Below are positions 13,301 to 26,854 of a stretch of DNA of 64,000 nucleotides, in pieces (position 1 is the first letter of the stretch; every line of letters starts with the position of its first letter). The DNA comes from Paraspadella gotoi (taxonomy: Eukaryota; Animalia; Chaetognatha), in contig CM119264.1 of assembly GCA_051294375.1 (NCBI GenBank), positions 17,671,157 through 17,735,156 on the forward strand, in the 5' to 3' direction. Under the pieces are notes generated by a model. The model made no database searches, was not told the origin of the DNA, and saw only the letters and a program-made list of their open reading frames with translations. The position numbers and the translations under genes are program-made.

Positions 13301-15656
13301 TTCTCCCCGGATCTTCCTCGCAAATCACTGGACCTCGAAATAAACGTTTCCGTCCAAATGTCGGTCGATTGTCTTCTCAATGTCGCTCGATTGTCTTTTA
13401 AATGTCGTTCTAATCCCCGCCTATTCATCTTTTTCATTTCGGATCAATTGTTTGTTGAATCTTCCGAATTTTCCCTCATAATGGACCCGTTGTTAGTCTT
13501 GTTCCATGAGTCTGTCGTCAATTGTCAAACTGTCCGATGCGTCGGGCGACGTTTGGATCGGACGCCGGGACGATCCTCCTCGTATTGGGTCCAAATGTCG
13601 GTCAAATCCGACGGATAATCGCACTCCGTTGTTCGAGTTATCGACGGCGTCGTTGTCGTTGTTATTGCCTCTTCGCGCACCATGAATCGCAATCTGCCGT
13701 CCTGAAGGGCATGCGGAATAGCCCATTCTTCGCTTAAACGTACTGATTTATGGAACGGAGACTTACCACAATGCCCAACTTCCTCGCTCTCGACCAGAAA
13801 TAACGACGATCACTGAGTGACGAACGCTGAGTTTGTTCGTCGGTTGCGATCGTCGAAGTCGTCATCTTCGTCATCGTCGTCATCGTCGTTTCGATCGTCA
13901 CGTTTCATAATTTCTGTCATTGTATCCCATGATTAATCAATCGTCCTTCGCATTTGAAACGTAGAAGCGATTCCCTTAGTTTTCCTGTTGGTGACTAGCC
14001 CTGTCCGCTTTTTTAATCAGTTTTGTAAACTTGTTAAAGGCCCCAAGGGGCCCATGTGCTAGAGCGCTCGACGGCCGAGTGCTTAAAAACCTCCGATAGC
14101 TCAAAATGACAATGTTTGGTATCGATGTTTTCAATTGGTTGAGCTCGTCAAATTTAACTGCGTGAGAAGAAAATATCAAATAACGAAGTCGAGAGGAGCT
14201 AAGAGTTGACGTAAAATGAGAAACTCCTCTCGAAATGAAAATGAAGAAACGAAAATCAAGTTGAGAGAAAAAATTAATGATCGAGAAGATTTTGCGTCGA
14301 AAACCTAAAAAAAAAAGGAGAGAGAAATGAATTTTAAAAGAGTCGGCGGAGACGCCACTCCTCGTTGGTCGCGACGTCGTCGTCGTCGGAGTATTTGTCG
14401 TCTTTATCATCGTCGATAACGTCGTTTAGCTCATTTATAACGTCATGATCAGTTTCTTTTTCGTCATGGTTTTTATTAAATACTTATCAATGGCGTCTTC
14501 TTATATTTGTCTTAAATTTGTGTTCGTGTTAGCGTTCATTGTCGTCGCCGTTCGTCTTCATTTTTAGTATCATCGTTTTCTTTGACGTCGTTGATGTCGT
14601 CGCCAGCTTCCATTTTAACGTCGTCGTCGTCGTCGTCGTCATCGTCATCTTCGTCATGTTCGTCTTCAACGTCGTCGTCGACGTTTATGTGCGAAGAAAG
14701 AAGGCGACACGCATCGGTGAAAAATTTCGCGCGCGAGAAAAAAAAATTTCACGGTTTCACCTCCGCACGTGTAAATTACATTAAAGTTGCAAACAAAGAA
14801 GAGGAGAAGTAAAGGAGTTGATTGGCAAGACGTCGACGTCGACGACGACGTGGTCTCCACGATCGCCGTTCTAAGCTACTCTTGGAGTTTATTTGTTTGT
14901 TTGTTTTGTTTTTTTTTTTCATTTTATCCCTATTTTTATTCGGTTTCTCTTTGTCTTTTTTTATTTTTTAAAATAAGCAGAGGCGGCCCCTATAATTTTA
15001 GTTTTTAGTTTTCGATTACCGACTTTCTGCCTTGAAAATTGCTCCAGTGCTCAAACTTCTGCCTCCAGGACTTGTATCCTGGCATTGGTGTTTTACTGAA
15101 ATTGTTTTTTGTTTTTTAATAACAATTATTGTGCCTATCTTCTAGTCTGAGCGATGGGTATAAATTTGTTAAACCTTCTGACGAGATGAGATTTAGTGCT
15201 TATTTTTAACCATGAGCGGCAATAGAGATACTGTTATACGGGTTTTTTTATTTTCTTTTCTTATTTTTTTCTCTCTTCTCTCTCTTCATATTATATTTTT
15301 TCTGAAAAAATGCCCGTGAAGCGCTCCGTGAGCTGTCGAGCAGTCGAGTACTTCGTCCAAGAAAATCGCTTATCCTTTTTCGAAGGCAGCCTTCCGAGAC
15401 TCGAAGGCATCAGCCCGCCCGTTTCAACCAGGATGACAAGTAGACCCTCAATCCTCCCTTTGTTGGATACCGGTTAGATTGACGCTATGTCTACGAGCCA
15501 ATTACGGGACAAAGTTAGAATTATTATCTCAACTAATTTAACCCAAGTCGCTTCAATCATTTGCCCCACCATTTTTATCTCGACCACCTCCAGCCTCCCT
15601 ACTCTCACCCCCTTCCCGATGAAGCTCCTCAAACCTTCAAGACCATCTTCCAACCC

Positions 15657-15793
15657 TTCCCAGTCCGACATCGTTCCCAGTTCCCAGTCCGACATCGTTC
15701 CCAGTTCCCAGTCCGACATCGTTCCCAGTTCCCAGTCCGACATCTTTCCCAGTTCCCAGTCCGACATCGTTCCCAGTTCCCAGTCCGACATCG
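15657..15793. repeat. 24-bp minisatellite (CAGTCCGACATCGTTCCCAGTTCC) x about 5.5
   Basis: Near-perfect tandem units; reads as SSQSDIVP repeats in ORF 15487-15861. Confidence 0.95.
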
Positions 15794-17468
15794 ATCAAAC
15801 CCTCCCCTTTCCCCCAAAACACATTGAGACTGACGATGCGAAATTTTCGTGGCGCGAGTGACGTCCGCCTCACCGGCGATGCCAGCGACGCCACCGACGC
15901 CAGCGTCGCTATCGCTTTCACTGTCAACTATTTCGTTTCCCCCCGCCAGCGCCCCCTTGGCCTCTTGCCTCCTTATAAAATTCCATTTTTTATCACAAAT
16001 ACCATTTAGTTTTTAATTCAATTCATATCTTGACGACTGACGACGGTCAATTCAAACTTTTTTTTTATTTTCAATAGTTTAAAAAAAAATTTAATCCCGT
16101 CTTCCGTCACCGAGAAAAAAAACAGTAAAAACTGCACCAACTGATTCTTTCTTCCCCCCCTTTCGCACCGAACCTCCTCTTGGCAAAAAGTTTGACGTTT
16201 TTGCGCTTTCCGTCCGGGATTTTGACGTTTTTGCCTTTTTTGCCTTTTTTTGCTTTTCTGATTTTTTTTTCTTTTTCTGGTGGAGATTTTGACATTTTCA
16301 CATCGACGTCTCCATCTGGAGCTCCTTCTCCTCGGGGATTTTCTACGGGTAAAGGAAATGTTTATTTAATATTCATATTTATTTTTCCTCTCATCTCGGC
16401 AAATCCTATTGAGATCGCGCTAACTCGATATTTACAAGTTATAGAATAAGCTAACTCTCACGTTCGTTAAAACTGAAAAGAATTTACATTCAGACCTTGC
16501 CAAACGTTTATGAACTTAATAAGAATACCGTAGCTTATAAAACTATCAATAAACGCGCCGTTTGCAAGATAAGGAACGAGATAATAATCCATTCTTTACC
16601 TACACAACAAAAGTAGAAAGCAACGAGGCGAACCTTAATTTATTCTCTAAGATGAATGCGAAAAAGAAAATTAAAAAAAATTAAAAAGAGAGAAAGAAAT
16701 TCTCGATGGGAGAATAGGTCATGCGCTCGGGGTCTCCAAGTCTGTCTCGTTGTCTCTCGTTCGTCACCTTCCCTAACGCCTTCCACTAAATTCGTAGACG
16801 TTTCTTCGTCCTCGCTGGTGTCTATGGCTTCCACCATTTGGAATCCACACCCTCTAGGGTTTCTCACGTTATTAGTTGTCAATCTAAAGTTTTCCCTGCC
16901 TTGCTTCTCACGGGTCTTTCCGGTTTTTCAATTTCGTTCGACTTTTTCCCATAGTTCACTTTCTTCAACAAATTTTTTTAATAATTTTTATATCAGGTTT
17001 TCTACATTTTTTTAAAATTTACTTTTGTCAAGCTCACCAAGACGATTCTCCGGCCATTCCTGGCCGCCGTGAAAATTACGCAGGTTCATTTTTGGTTCAT
17101 TTTTTTTATTTCTTTAGTTTTTCTTTTGCTTTTCATCATTCCTCATTTCATTCTATCTTTCTACTGACAACGTTTTTACCTGTTTAGTATTATTTACCCA
17201 ATACCCCAATACCCTACCCTACCAACCAGGCCAGTATCTCCAGTAATCACTTTTATTCCCGGTCCCACCTTCAACCACACTCCCGCGGTCCCTCGTCGCG
17301 GTCCTCCACTTTTTTCCACGTTCTTCTTCATTATCCGCGTTCCACCGCGTTCTTCCGCGTTGGCGCTCGTTCTCCCATAACTGTAAAGAAAATTAGGGAA
17401 GGAGCCGAGCGAAGGAAATTAGGCGACGCGGATCTTCCTTCCTTCACTTCCTGTTCGCTGGGGCGCGG

Positions 17469-17550
17469 CGAAGGGCGGCGATGGTGGCGGCGATGGTGGC
17501 GGCGAAGGTGGCGGCGATGCTGGCGGCGATGGCGGCGGCGAAGGTGCCGC
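17469..17550. repeat. 12-bp GC-rich tandem repeat (GGCGGCGATGGT-like)
   Basis: About 6 degenerate units; PPPS repeats on the minus strand. Confidence 0.8.
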
Positions 17551-18652
17551 GGAGGGAGGAGAAGATGGCAGGGCAGGGTAGCAAAGGTGCAGCAGTAGAG
17601 AACAAAGGGAGGGAGAAATTAAGTTAGGGTAGAAAAATACGATAAAGATGGATGCATGGTTGAATATAATATCTTGAGACTCCACCTTCGTCCACGATGA
17701 GAATTTTCCGATTTTTAATTAAAGCAAATATTCGAAGTTAAAGCCCTGAGACTTTTTGGCGTCTTCGCAACAACTTGATAGTCTTCTGATTTCTTATCTT
17801 ATAAAATTAGAAAATTATAAACACAACAATGAACGAATATTGATATCAAAAAGTGTCGCTATTGATTAAAAGAAAAGTGGAATCATGCTGCTAAAGATTA
17901 TTCTTCTCGTCCGCTCGAGCCTTTCACATGTGATTATTTTCCTATAGTAATTTTCTGGGAACCTCTTGATCCAAGTCATGTACACTGCCTAAGGAAGTCA
18001 AGTCAAAGATATTCCGCTAATGGGGAGGAGAAGCAGCTGGTTGATGGGAAAACGAAAAAGAAAAAAAAACCTCAGGTTTTTATCTCCGCTCGTAAAAAGA
18101 AGTCAAAGCTGTTGTAGCGAACGTCGAGACAAGTAATGGTATTACTAGTATTATAGTATTACTAATACTGTAAGAAATATTCAGTTCGCTGTCGCTGCGA
18201 ACGGGGCGAACTGAGCCACGGCTAGTCGGGAGTGTAGAGTTCATGCGGGTCAAGAGCTAGGCCGCCTCGTACCCGAGCTCTTCGTTCGCAACGATTGAAA
18301 TGTCGAACGAACGAGGCCACGACGGCTACCGACAGTCTCGGCAAGAGGCCCGCCATTTCGAGAGTCGCGTCCTTCGTCAATCACGTGACGATATTACCTC
18401 GCGTTACTTTTCTCATTTCGAATCACGGTTTTTCTCAGACTTAGATTCAACGACTTCGGGCCATAACCGTCCCAATAAATATGGAAATGAGTATTTCAAC
18501 CGATCAATGATCATTTCGAAGTTTAAAAAGAAAACTGCTGCGATGATCTCACTTTAGTTCTAATCAAGACCCGCATATTCATGTTATATACCCCCGCGTT
18601 TATTTTCTTTGTCAACGACTCGGTCAATTTCTAACGAATTAGCTTTTAATCC

Positions 18653-19038
18653 ATGTCCTCAACAAAAATGAATACCATCCCGCCTTCGCCTCCCGCGCCG
18701 AAGCCACCACGTTTACTGACGACTCTCATCCCATCCCCGGTCTGCCGCGTTTCTCAGTCTCCATCCTCCTCTTCTTCTATTCCTTCTATTCCAACCTCGT
18801 CTATTCCTTCATCCTCGCACTGGCCGGGCGCCCACCGTCACGTGACTTTCGTTTTGAACGACGCCGTCCACGTTTGGGGCGGTCACGGCGTCGGAGGTCT
18901 CTTGGATCCGCGGTTCGTTTGGAGACTCAACCATCAGGAGGCGATGGAAATGGAAACTACTAGGTTGTCTTGTGAAGAAAAAAATGAGAGGGCAAGGAAA
19001 TAATTTGAAGTTTTACTTCTCTCACATCACTCTCGAGA

Positions 19039-19080
<42 letters not shown>

Positions 19081-19101
19081 TCTCTCTCTCTCTCTCTCTC
19101 A

Positions 19102-19140
<39 letters not shown>

Positions 19141-19179
19141 CATTCTCTCATTCTCTCTCTTTCACTCTCTTAATCTCTC

Positions 19180-19236
<57 letters not shown>

Positions 19237-20567
19237 ATTTCTCTCATTCTCTCTCTTTCAGTCTTCTTAACTCTCTCTCTCTCTCTCTCTCTACAGAAGT
19301 TGTTGTTTTCCTTCCTCCTCTTCCTCTCTCTGGACCCGAATTCTCACACGTGGCGCCGTTCCCTCCGGCGCCATCGACGCTGCCGCCGTCGTCGTCGCTG
19401 GCGCCGCTTTCGTCTTCGGCGGCCAAAATCTCTTCGGCTACCACGATCCCCCGGCGTTGCAGCGTTTCTCGGCGTTCACGCGACGCTGGAAGGACGTGAC
19501 GCCGCGAGACGGCGCGACGCCGCGGGGAAGGTTTGGCTGTTGTGGTTGTTGTTGTCTCTTTTGGGCGACCAATCATCGTCGACCATTCTCAGGATCGGTG
19601 CCGTCGCCTGGACCGACGGCGTGGACGTCTTCTTCTTCGGCGGGCGCCTCGGGACGCGGGCGTCGCCGTTTCAACCGTCGCCTCCCGTCATGGGATTGAC
19701 CAATGAGACGCTTCGATTTGAATTCGCTTCGTCTCGTTGGACGGAGGCTTCGTCGGCGGGGCGTCGACCGCCACCGAGACGCCACGCGGGATGCGCGGTG
19801 GTGGCGAAGAAAGCCATCGTTTTCGGAGGGAAGGGGGCAGTGGGCGGCGGCAGCGATGAGGGCGGCAGCGAGGGAGAGACTTATCTCGACGATCTCTGGT
19901 GCTTCGATCTCGAGACTTTCACTTGGACGATGATAGAAGTGAATTTCAGTAGGTTTTTTTTGTTTTTCCTTAACTATACTTACAGGGTCTTGCTACGTTT
20001 GTTGTAAGTAAGAATGGTGGAGGACCCACCATGGCCGGTCAAAAGCCATGAGCAAGATACGTAGCTTATTTACATAATGAATAAATAGATAATTTTTATA
20101 ATGTTTGCAACAATTTTATAAATAAATTACAAATACCACTTTCTTCAGCCGTCCGTCCTCCCCCGACAGACAGATGCAGTCTCACCCCACTGACGCAACA
20201 GCACCTCATTTTGGTGGGCGGTGCCAACGTCGTAGGGTGGAGTCGTTGCATCTGGATCCTCGACATCGCGACGAACACTTGGAAGAAATATCCCAGCGCC
20301 GTTCCGGATCTGCGTAACGGAGATAAGCGGACGGTAGATAAAACATTAAACATTAAACAAGTCAACGATGAAGCCGAAGATGAAACGGAAGATGTCACTG
20401 GCGCCAGACCGATTTACGCACACGGTGCGGCGCTGAACGATGGTATAGTCTTCCTTGTTGGCGGACTGCGGGTCGACGCCCTTTCCGACGCCGTCGTCGC
20501 GTTCGAAATTGGGGCGAAATCGACGATGCCATCGGAAATCGGATCCGGGAAAAATTGGATCAAGTGA
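18653..20567 (+). CDS. Kelch-domain beta-propeller protein (KLHDC-like); 4 exons at about 18653-18963, 19297-19530, 19593-19948 and 20149-20567
   Basis: The spliced translation gives repeated kelch motifs: VHVWGG, AFVFGG, VFFFGG...LRFEFASSRW, AIVFGG...YLDDLWCFDLETFTW, LILVGG...IWILDIATNTW, VFLVGG. GT-AG introns keep the frame. Intron 1 is mostly (CT)n. The exon 3 donor is uncertain. Confidence 0.8.
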
Positions 20568-23500
20568 AATCACGTGACAAAGGACGGAGGCGGAGATAAT
20601 GAAGTTGATTAGTAAAACGAGAAAATTATATTTTAATGGAAAAAAAATTGAAGATATGTCATTGGGGGGATTAAACGATTAGGAATTTTTTTAAATTTAA
20701 AAGAGATTATATATATTAAGAGAATACGAATTTTTTTTTTTCACATGACTGTTATTTAACCTCTCAAGCAGTGGTGAAGAAAGTGAAGGTCAGCGTCGTT
20801 CCTTAGATTCCTGAAATCAAATCGAGAACTCCATTGTGACTAACTGTATGGCTGTTTTTATATCTTTATTTTGATTAGAACAAATTAACTAAAATAATAA
20901 AAATAATAATAATTTTTAAAGGCTAAATCTGGTTGACGTTTCATCGACATTTTTACTCGTCCTCGTCATCTTCGAACGTGAGGCAAGAGACCGACGTCGC
21001 CCAAGGTTATATATCGATTCATGATAAGCCACTCTTCCCCCCCACCCCCAAACCCGCGGCTCCTTTTCCAATTCGCGTCTGACGTTATTGAACGTTTTGA
21101 GTTATCGGGCGAGGTTCCGTCAGCGAGGCCCAAGGTAACGACTAACGAGGTGACCGATATCTTTATGGGGGGAGGAATTAGCCCCTCGATTTTGTAACGC
21201 GTTCTCTCTACAGAAGGAAAGGAGTGAGAGTTGTCAATAGTATTGATTAATGATCATGGGGTCAACGACACAACGGGCTCACGGTGCAGGCAGGAGAAAC
21301 GAGTTGACCGTTGAATAAGTCTTAGTTTGTCGTGACGTCGTCGTTTAAATCGATATTAACCTGGATTCGCTATGGATTTCGAAGCTTCGCTCTTTGCATT
21401 GACGACGACGACGACAACGACGGCCTCATCTCCATTTATTTTCCTTTCTCGTCGCTTCTCTCTACGGAATCTAAATCCTTACCTGCTAATTTTTAACTCT
21501 GCTGAACAGGGGATCGTATCAGTATCTTTTGATATCTCCGAGTTCCACTAAAACCATTACGTTCACATTTCAATTTTTGTGGCATTCTCCATTGAATTCT
21601 CTCCCATCTTACGTTCGTTCACCCACGTGTTTGCCATTATAATTTTATATAATATTTTTATTTTCGCGTTCGTAATTTCGTACTTTCCTAATTCCCTTTT
21701 TTTTTCGCGCTCGACTAATCTCATTGACCTTTTCTAAGAAATGTGTTCCCCCATCGTCTGTCCTTTTTCTCATCTTCTTATTTTCACATTTTTTGCATCT
21801 CTTCTCCATCTCATCGTCGTTGCTTTTCGGCATCGCTAGCCCCCCTTTTCACACATTGCGCAGGTCACCATCGATTTCACCTCGGAATAAGAAATGGATA
21901 CAAGCGACGAAAAAAGTATTATAACTTATTTAATTGAACAAGCAACGATTAACAACAACATTATTTTTTAGACAGAGTAAGTATATCGAAAACAACACGT
22001 TCGCGATGGCTTAAACCTCCCGAGTCCATGCCCTTCTCAACCGCTTTCTTGCCTCTCATTATCATTTCACCCGCCTCTTTTCTCGTCCTTTTCCTCCACC
22101 TCCCTCTCTTCTCACCCCGGTCCTCCTCCTCCCTTTGGCTCTCATCTTTGATGGATCCTTGACAGACGTTTGATCCGCTCACAAGCCTGACTTCCCGGAC
22201 GAGCATCGCTTTGGAATCGTTTCGAAGGAGGCGAAGAGCAAAGAAAAAAAAAAGTAGAATGGTTTGAGTTTAGGGAATTCGAAGACAGGTCTACTAATTA
22301 TTGGGGAATGGAGATACATTGGTTAAAACTTACCGAGATAGAAAGGGGCGTACTCAAAGTTTTTTTGGCGAGAGGCCGTCAAAAATTATTCACCGCCAAA
22401 TAGTCATGAATTTATAGAATGTAATTAAAATAATAATAGTTCTAACCTCAGTAACTAATTTTTATCACTTTCATCATGAAAAGAGCACGAAAAAAAATTG
22501 GAACGAACATGTTAAAATCTTTCTCTGGGATTTTTATCCTTTTCTCCCTGCAACCCCTTTTCCGCCCTCTCCGGAAAAATAAAAACGTTTTTCGCGATGC
22601 CAAAAAAAAAAAAAAAAAACCGCTGAGAGAAATTCTAATGCCGTCTTCAATTTGAAAGCCTCTCTGCCTCTGGATGTTTTTTGATGACGCGGTGTCGTCG
22701 TCAACGGCAACGCCGCCTGCCAACTCCCTGCCTACCCACTTTTTTAACGCGTTTTCCGCTCCCTCCTGCCACCCTCCGGCTCTGACTGCTTCCCCTAATT
22801 CGTGGCAATTCGCCAACATCCCTCCCCACCGAAAATGCAAAGAAACCAAAATTGAAAAAAAAAAAAAAAATAAGTTGGTTTCTCGAATTAACCTCGACTT
22901 GATGCCGCCGAAGAAGAGAAAGAGGAGAGCTGGAGGGAAAAGAGAAGAGGCAAAAAGAAAAAGGTTGAAAGGGGGAAAGGTGAAAGGAAGTATGAGAAAA
23001 TCGCAAGAGGGCGAGAAGAATCGAGTGCGATAATGTCAATACTAACCTGAACCGTATTAAGTACCATGTTCTATTATTTACAGCAATGGTATATATATAT
23101 AATTATATTTACTATATATATCTTAGCTTTCTTCTCTCCTTTACTTATCTCTCCACTCATTTTTTAATTCACCATTCCACTTCTCTCCCGATTCGCACCT
23201 CGACCTCCTTAATCCTTTTCCGAAATATGCATAATTTTTCTTCTTTTACAGCACGAATCGTCGAATCCTTCGAGGGTTTTCTCGGCTGCGCTTTAACCTC
23301 CTCTTTATCACGGTGTCGTCGTCTTTATAGTCTTCGTCACTGTCGTCAATTTTTACTTCCGTCAAGGTCATCATTTTTAAACGGTTTTTTTTAGTTAAGG
23401 CAAGACAAAAAAAAATTTTAAGTTAAATACTAGTCCGCACACATTTTTCTGTGTTGTCATCAAAAACAATGCCGGGCACCAAAAAATTAAAACTCGCATC

Positions 23501-24266
23501 TTCAAACTGATGCTCTTGTTTCCCCCAATAACCCCATCCTCTCTACTGCCAGCGTATTCGACATCATCATCGCCTCACGAGAATTTATTCTAAAAACGGA
23601 ATTTAAAGACGTAATGAGTGTCGCCATCTTTTCCTCCTTTCATCCATCCAAAGTTGGCTTCGAAAAGAGACAAGAAAAATAAAAAACTCTCTTGCGTTTT
23701 CTCTTTATCTCTATCCCTCCCGAAACATCCCGCCCGGCCGTCCGGGCATGTGCCAAAAAATACGGCGCCGACGTCACAAATCCGGCAATTTCTCTCTCCT
23801 TTTTCGCATGTTCCCTCTTAGACGGTACATTGTAAGGCTACTATTATAACAAGTAAAATCTCAATTTTGCATTGCCCTTTCTATTCAAAATATTATAATT
23901 ATATCTCGCTTTTATCACTCTAGAAATGAATAATTTTAAAACATTCATATACAATATTTAACTCACTATGGTATAGTCAAATTCGAAAATTTCCATTTTT
24001 TCACTGGCGGCGTCTCGATCTTCTTTCTAATTGATTTTATTGACGCTGAAATTTTCGTTCTTTTCGGCCCGTCGTTTAACTCGCAAACCTTTCAAACGAG
24101 AGGAAGTGTGTCGAAGCTCTACTTTTCCTAAGCTCAGTTAAATGCGTTCTTATTTAAACACATGCCGGCCAAATAAACAAACCAACTTATTAAACAAAGT
24201 AATAATAAAACTAATTTGACTAAGGGATACTTATTACTTAATTTTGATTTCTTTCCCTATTTTTTA

Positions 24267-24405
24267 GCCGGATCTGCGTACAGCAGATTCCGTCTCTATA
24301 ATTCACGTTTTTGGGTCCGTCGTTCCGCCCCCCCCCAATCTTATCGGCAAGTCCCTTAAATCGATGTCCGTCCCTCCCCCCTTAGATTTGAAGGCCAATT
24401 ACGCA
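24267..24405 (+). repeat. Dispersed repeat (CAGCAGATTCCG...(GTCC)n family), second copy at 49551-49730
   Basis: Shared cagcagattccg-n-tataattca...ggtccgtc...gatgtccgtcc...ccccctt...gccaattac. The GTCY microsatellite resembles DINE-1/Helentron-associated elements. Confidence 0.6.
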
Positions 24406-24504
24406 TGAATAGGTGGGGCGATTGACTATCATCGCATCAATGACTATAACCAAATCTATTATCGTGAGCAGATTCGGCATTGTTTGCTGAAAATTGCTGG
24501 ACCT

Positions 24505-25525
24505 TAGCTACCAACGGTCGATTTGTTAATCCATTGATTTTTGTTTTTCCTCTAGCGTTGAGTCTCAGTTTGCGTAGTAATACAATTTTTTGTTAAGTTT
24601 TATTAAAAAAATTAAATTTCTGACATGTTTCGGCTTCAACGTAAGCCTTCATCAGCGCAAAAACGCAAAAACTCTCTTTCTCTCTTTCTTCCAACTTCAA
24701 AGTCTAAAAAAAATTTTTGACAAATCAATTCGTTTTTGCGCTTTACTTCTTAATAAAACTCGTATGTAAACAATTCATTTTTTACCTCAAACTAATAACG
24801 CAATACAATTTTTTTGAAAAATATTTATATTTTATAATTTTTAAATTTATCGTATTCTCAATTAGTTATATACGAACATAAACGTTAAGTAATTATCAAA
24901 CTAATAAAATGATGAAATGAGTTATAACAACTCTTTTCATTTCACTTGCATTGAAATCCATTTAAGTCTTACGTTTTCGATCAAATAACTAATAAGTAAT
25001 AAAGAATGATCCGCCTTAATAAAGAAAATTAGGCTAACTATACTATTCGACGTCCGCAACCAACCTTAGCTTCCACCGGTCGGTGCTTTGTTTTTGTTTT
25101 CCCTCGAGCGTTGAGTCTCACTTTGCGCAATAATATACATTACTTTATTTTATAATTTTATAATAAATAATTGTTTTAAATTTATTTTAATTATTATTTT
25201 TATATTTCAGGTAAAAAATGAATTGTTTGTTTACGTACGAGTTTTATAAAGAAATAAATTTTGGACATGTTTCAGCTTCAATGACAATGTAAGCCTTAAT
25301 CAGCGCAAAAACGAATTGAATTGTAAAACAAATATTTTTACTGACTCTTTCTCTCTTCAAACTTTTCAATCTGTGAAAATATTTTTTTTTACAAATCAAT
25401 TCGTTTTTACGCTGTTGAAGGTATACATCGAAGCCGAAAAATGTCCAAAATTTATGACTTGTTTCTTAATAAAATTCGTTGTACATAAACAAGGAAAAAC
25501 AATATTTTTGTATTACATTTTTTAA
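24505..25525. mobile_element. Two related repeat units with inverted hammerhead-bearing segments (probable Penelope-like pLTR relics)
   Basis: Units at about 24505-24840 and 25063-25525 share accttagct...agcgttgagtctca. Degenerate hammerhead copies lie at 25264-25303 (-) and 25412-25445 (+). Confidence 0.55.
24622..24655 (-). ncRNA. Minimal type-I hammerhead ribozyme motif (Penelope-like element pLTR type)
   Basis: The minus strand reads CTGATGA-A-GGCTT-acgttg-AAGCC-GAAA-CATG-TC: intact core, 5-bp stem II, palindromic ACATGT stem III and a GUC cleavage triplet. Stem I pairs poorly. Confidence 0.7.
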
Positions 25526-26011
25526 ACGGTTTGCAAAAATAAGCCGAAATTGCCCTCGAGAAATCAGACGAGATGCAATCTTCTTTTCCGATGCCTAATT
25601 ATTTAAAAGTGATGACGTATAAAAAAAATTAAACTCGGTCAAGAAATTAATTTAAAGTGGTGGTAAAAAAGAAAAACAATTCGAGGACCCATGACCAAGT
25701 ACACAGAATGAAAAAAAGATTCCGAAAAAGTCTTCTGCGTGCTGGGTTCGGCGATTTAAGGGCCATCGACGTCAACGCCAAGGTTAAACTCATGAACCAA
25801 GTCGAGGGGATTGTGTTAGGAATAGTAGCGGAAGGGAGCTTAATGGAGAGTTGCTAGTAGAAAATCATATTAATAAACTGGGGAGTAGAGACGGTTAGAT
25901 CATAGACGTAGCTTCTGTCATCAATTATTTTACGTGTATTTGTATAATAACTTTACACGAATATAAGCATTTATTGTCTATTTATACCTTCTGCATCCTA
26001 TTTTTTATTGA

Positions 26012-26210
26012 TATGAAATTGGTACAACCAATATAAAAATTATCTATTCATTTAATAAATAAGCTATCTTGCCCCTGACTTTGGTGGTTTAAGGCCTCCA
26101 TCACTCTTACAAGATAATGACATAGCAAGTCCCTGCAAACTTTCAATCAAGACTCTCTCACAGTCTCATTTATTCACTCCCAGTGTATCTGGCTTCCCTA
26201 TCAATGAAGT
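26012..26210. repeat. About 200-bp dispersed repeat ending in an ATTGGT-ACA-ACCAAT hairpin; inverted copy at 54941-55149
   Basis: The two copies align closely by eye; fragments occur at about 2470, 30739 and 39795. Confidence 0.8.
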
Positions 26211-26854
26211 GGCAAATGTTTCAATTGTATAAAAAGACCACTCCCTTAAGTATATATATACAAACACTAGACGAAACTTTTGTTTTTGCCCTAAATATAG
26301 AAAAAAAATATCATCAGTAACTGCATCATGTAACAGAAACAAAAGATCACTGGCAAATTTTTTAATAAATTTTTTGAGGAACCTGGGCTCTAAAGAAATC
26401 GGAAATGTGCTGAGCGGAATTAAAGCTATAATCTCCCCCAGAAAGTTAGCTCATTTAACTTTCAGGTTTCAGCTAATAATTTTCAAGACTCGACCATAAA
26501 AACGGCATACATGTATTTCGAAATATATATATTTCAAAAAATATAACAAATCTGCAAAATCAAACGTGAAAGCATAATTATAATACGAGTCAAAACTATG
26601 AATTTAATACTTCATAATATTCTTATTAAACGAAAAAACCAAAAGCCTTTGGAAGACTAATGTAATCTAATAAATATTCAATAAAGAAACGTCAAGCTTG
26701 CAAACGAAATAAAAAGTAAAAAACGCACAATTGAGTTAGCATAAATAAAAAAATGTTCAACAGATAAAAAAAATAATATATAATTAAAAAGAATTATGTC
26801 ATGAGTATTGGCAGAAACGCAAAACGTGTATAAACCAAGGAAGCATTTCCGTTC

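Noticed and set aside
11687-14900. Possible minus-strand exons (for example a GTG|gtaagt donor near 13765)
   Set aside because: No consistent spliced ORF or recognisable domain; dominated by (GTC)n low-complexity sequence.
15657-15793. CRISPR-like array
   Set aside because: Head-to-tail repeats with no spacers, in a eukaryotic context with no cas genes.
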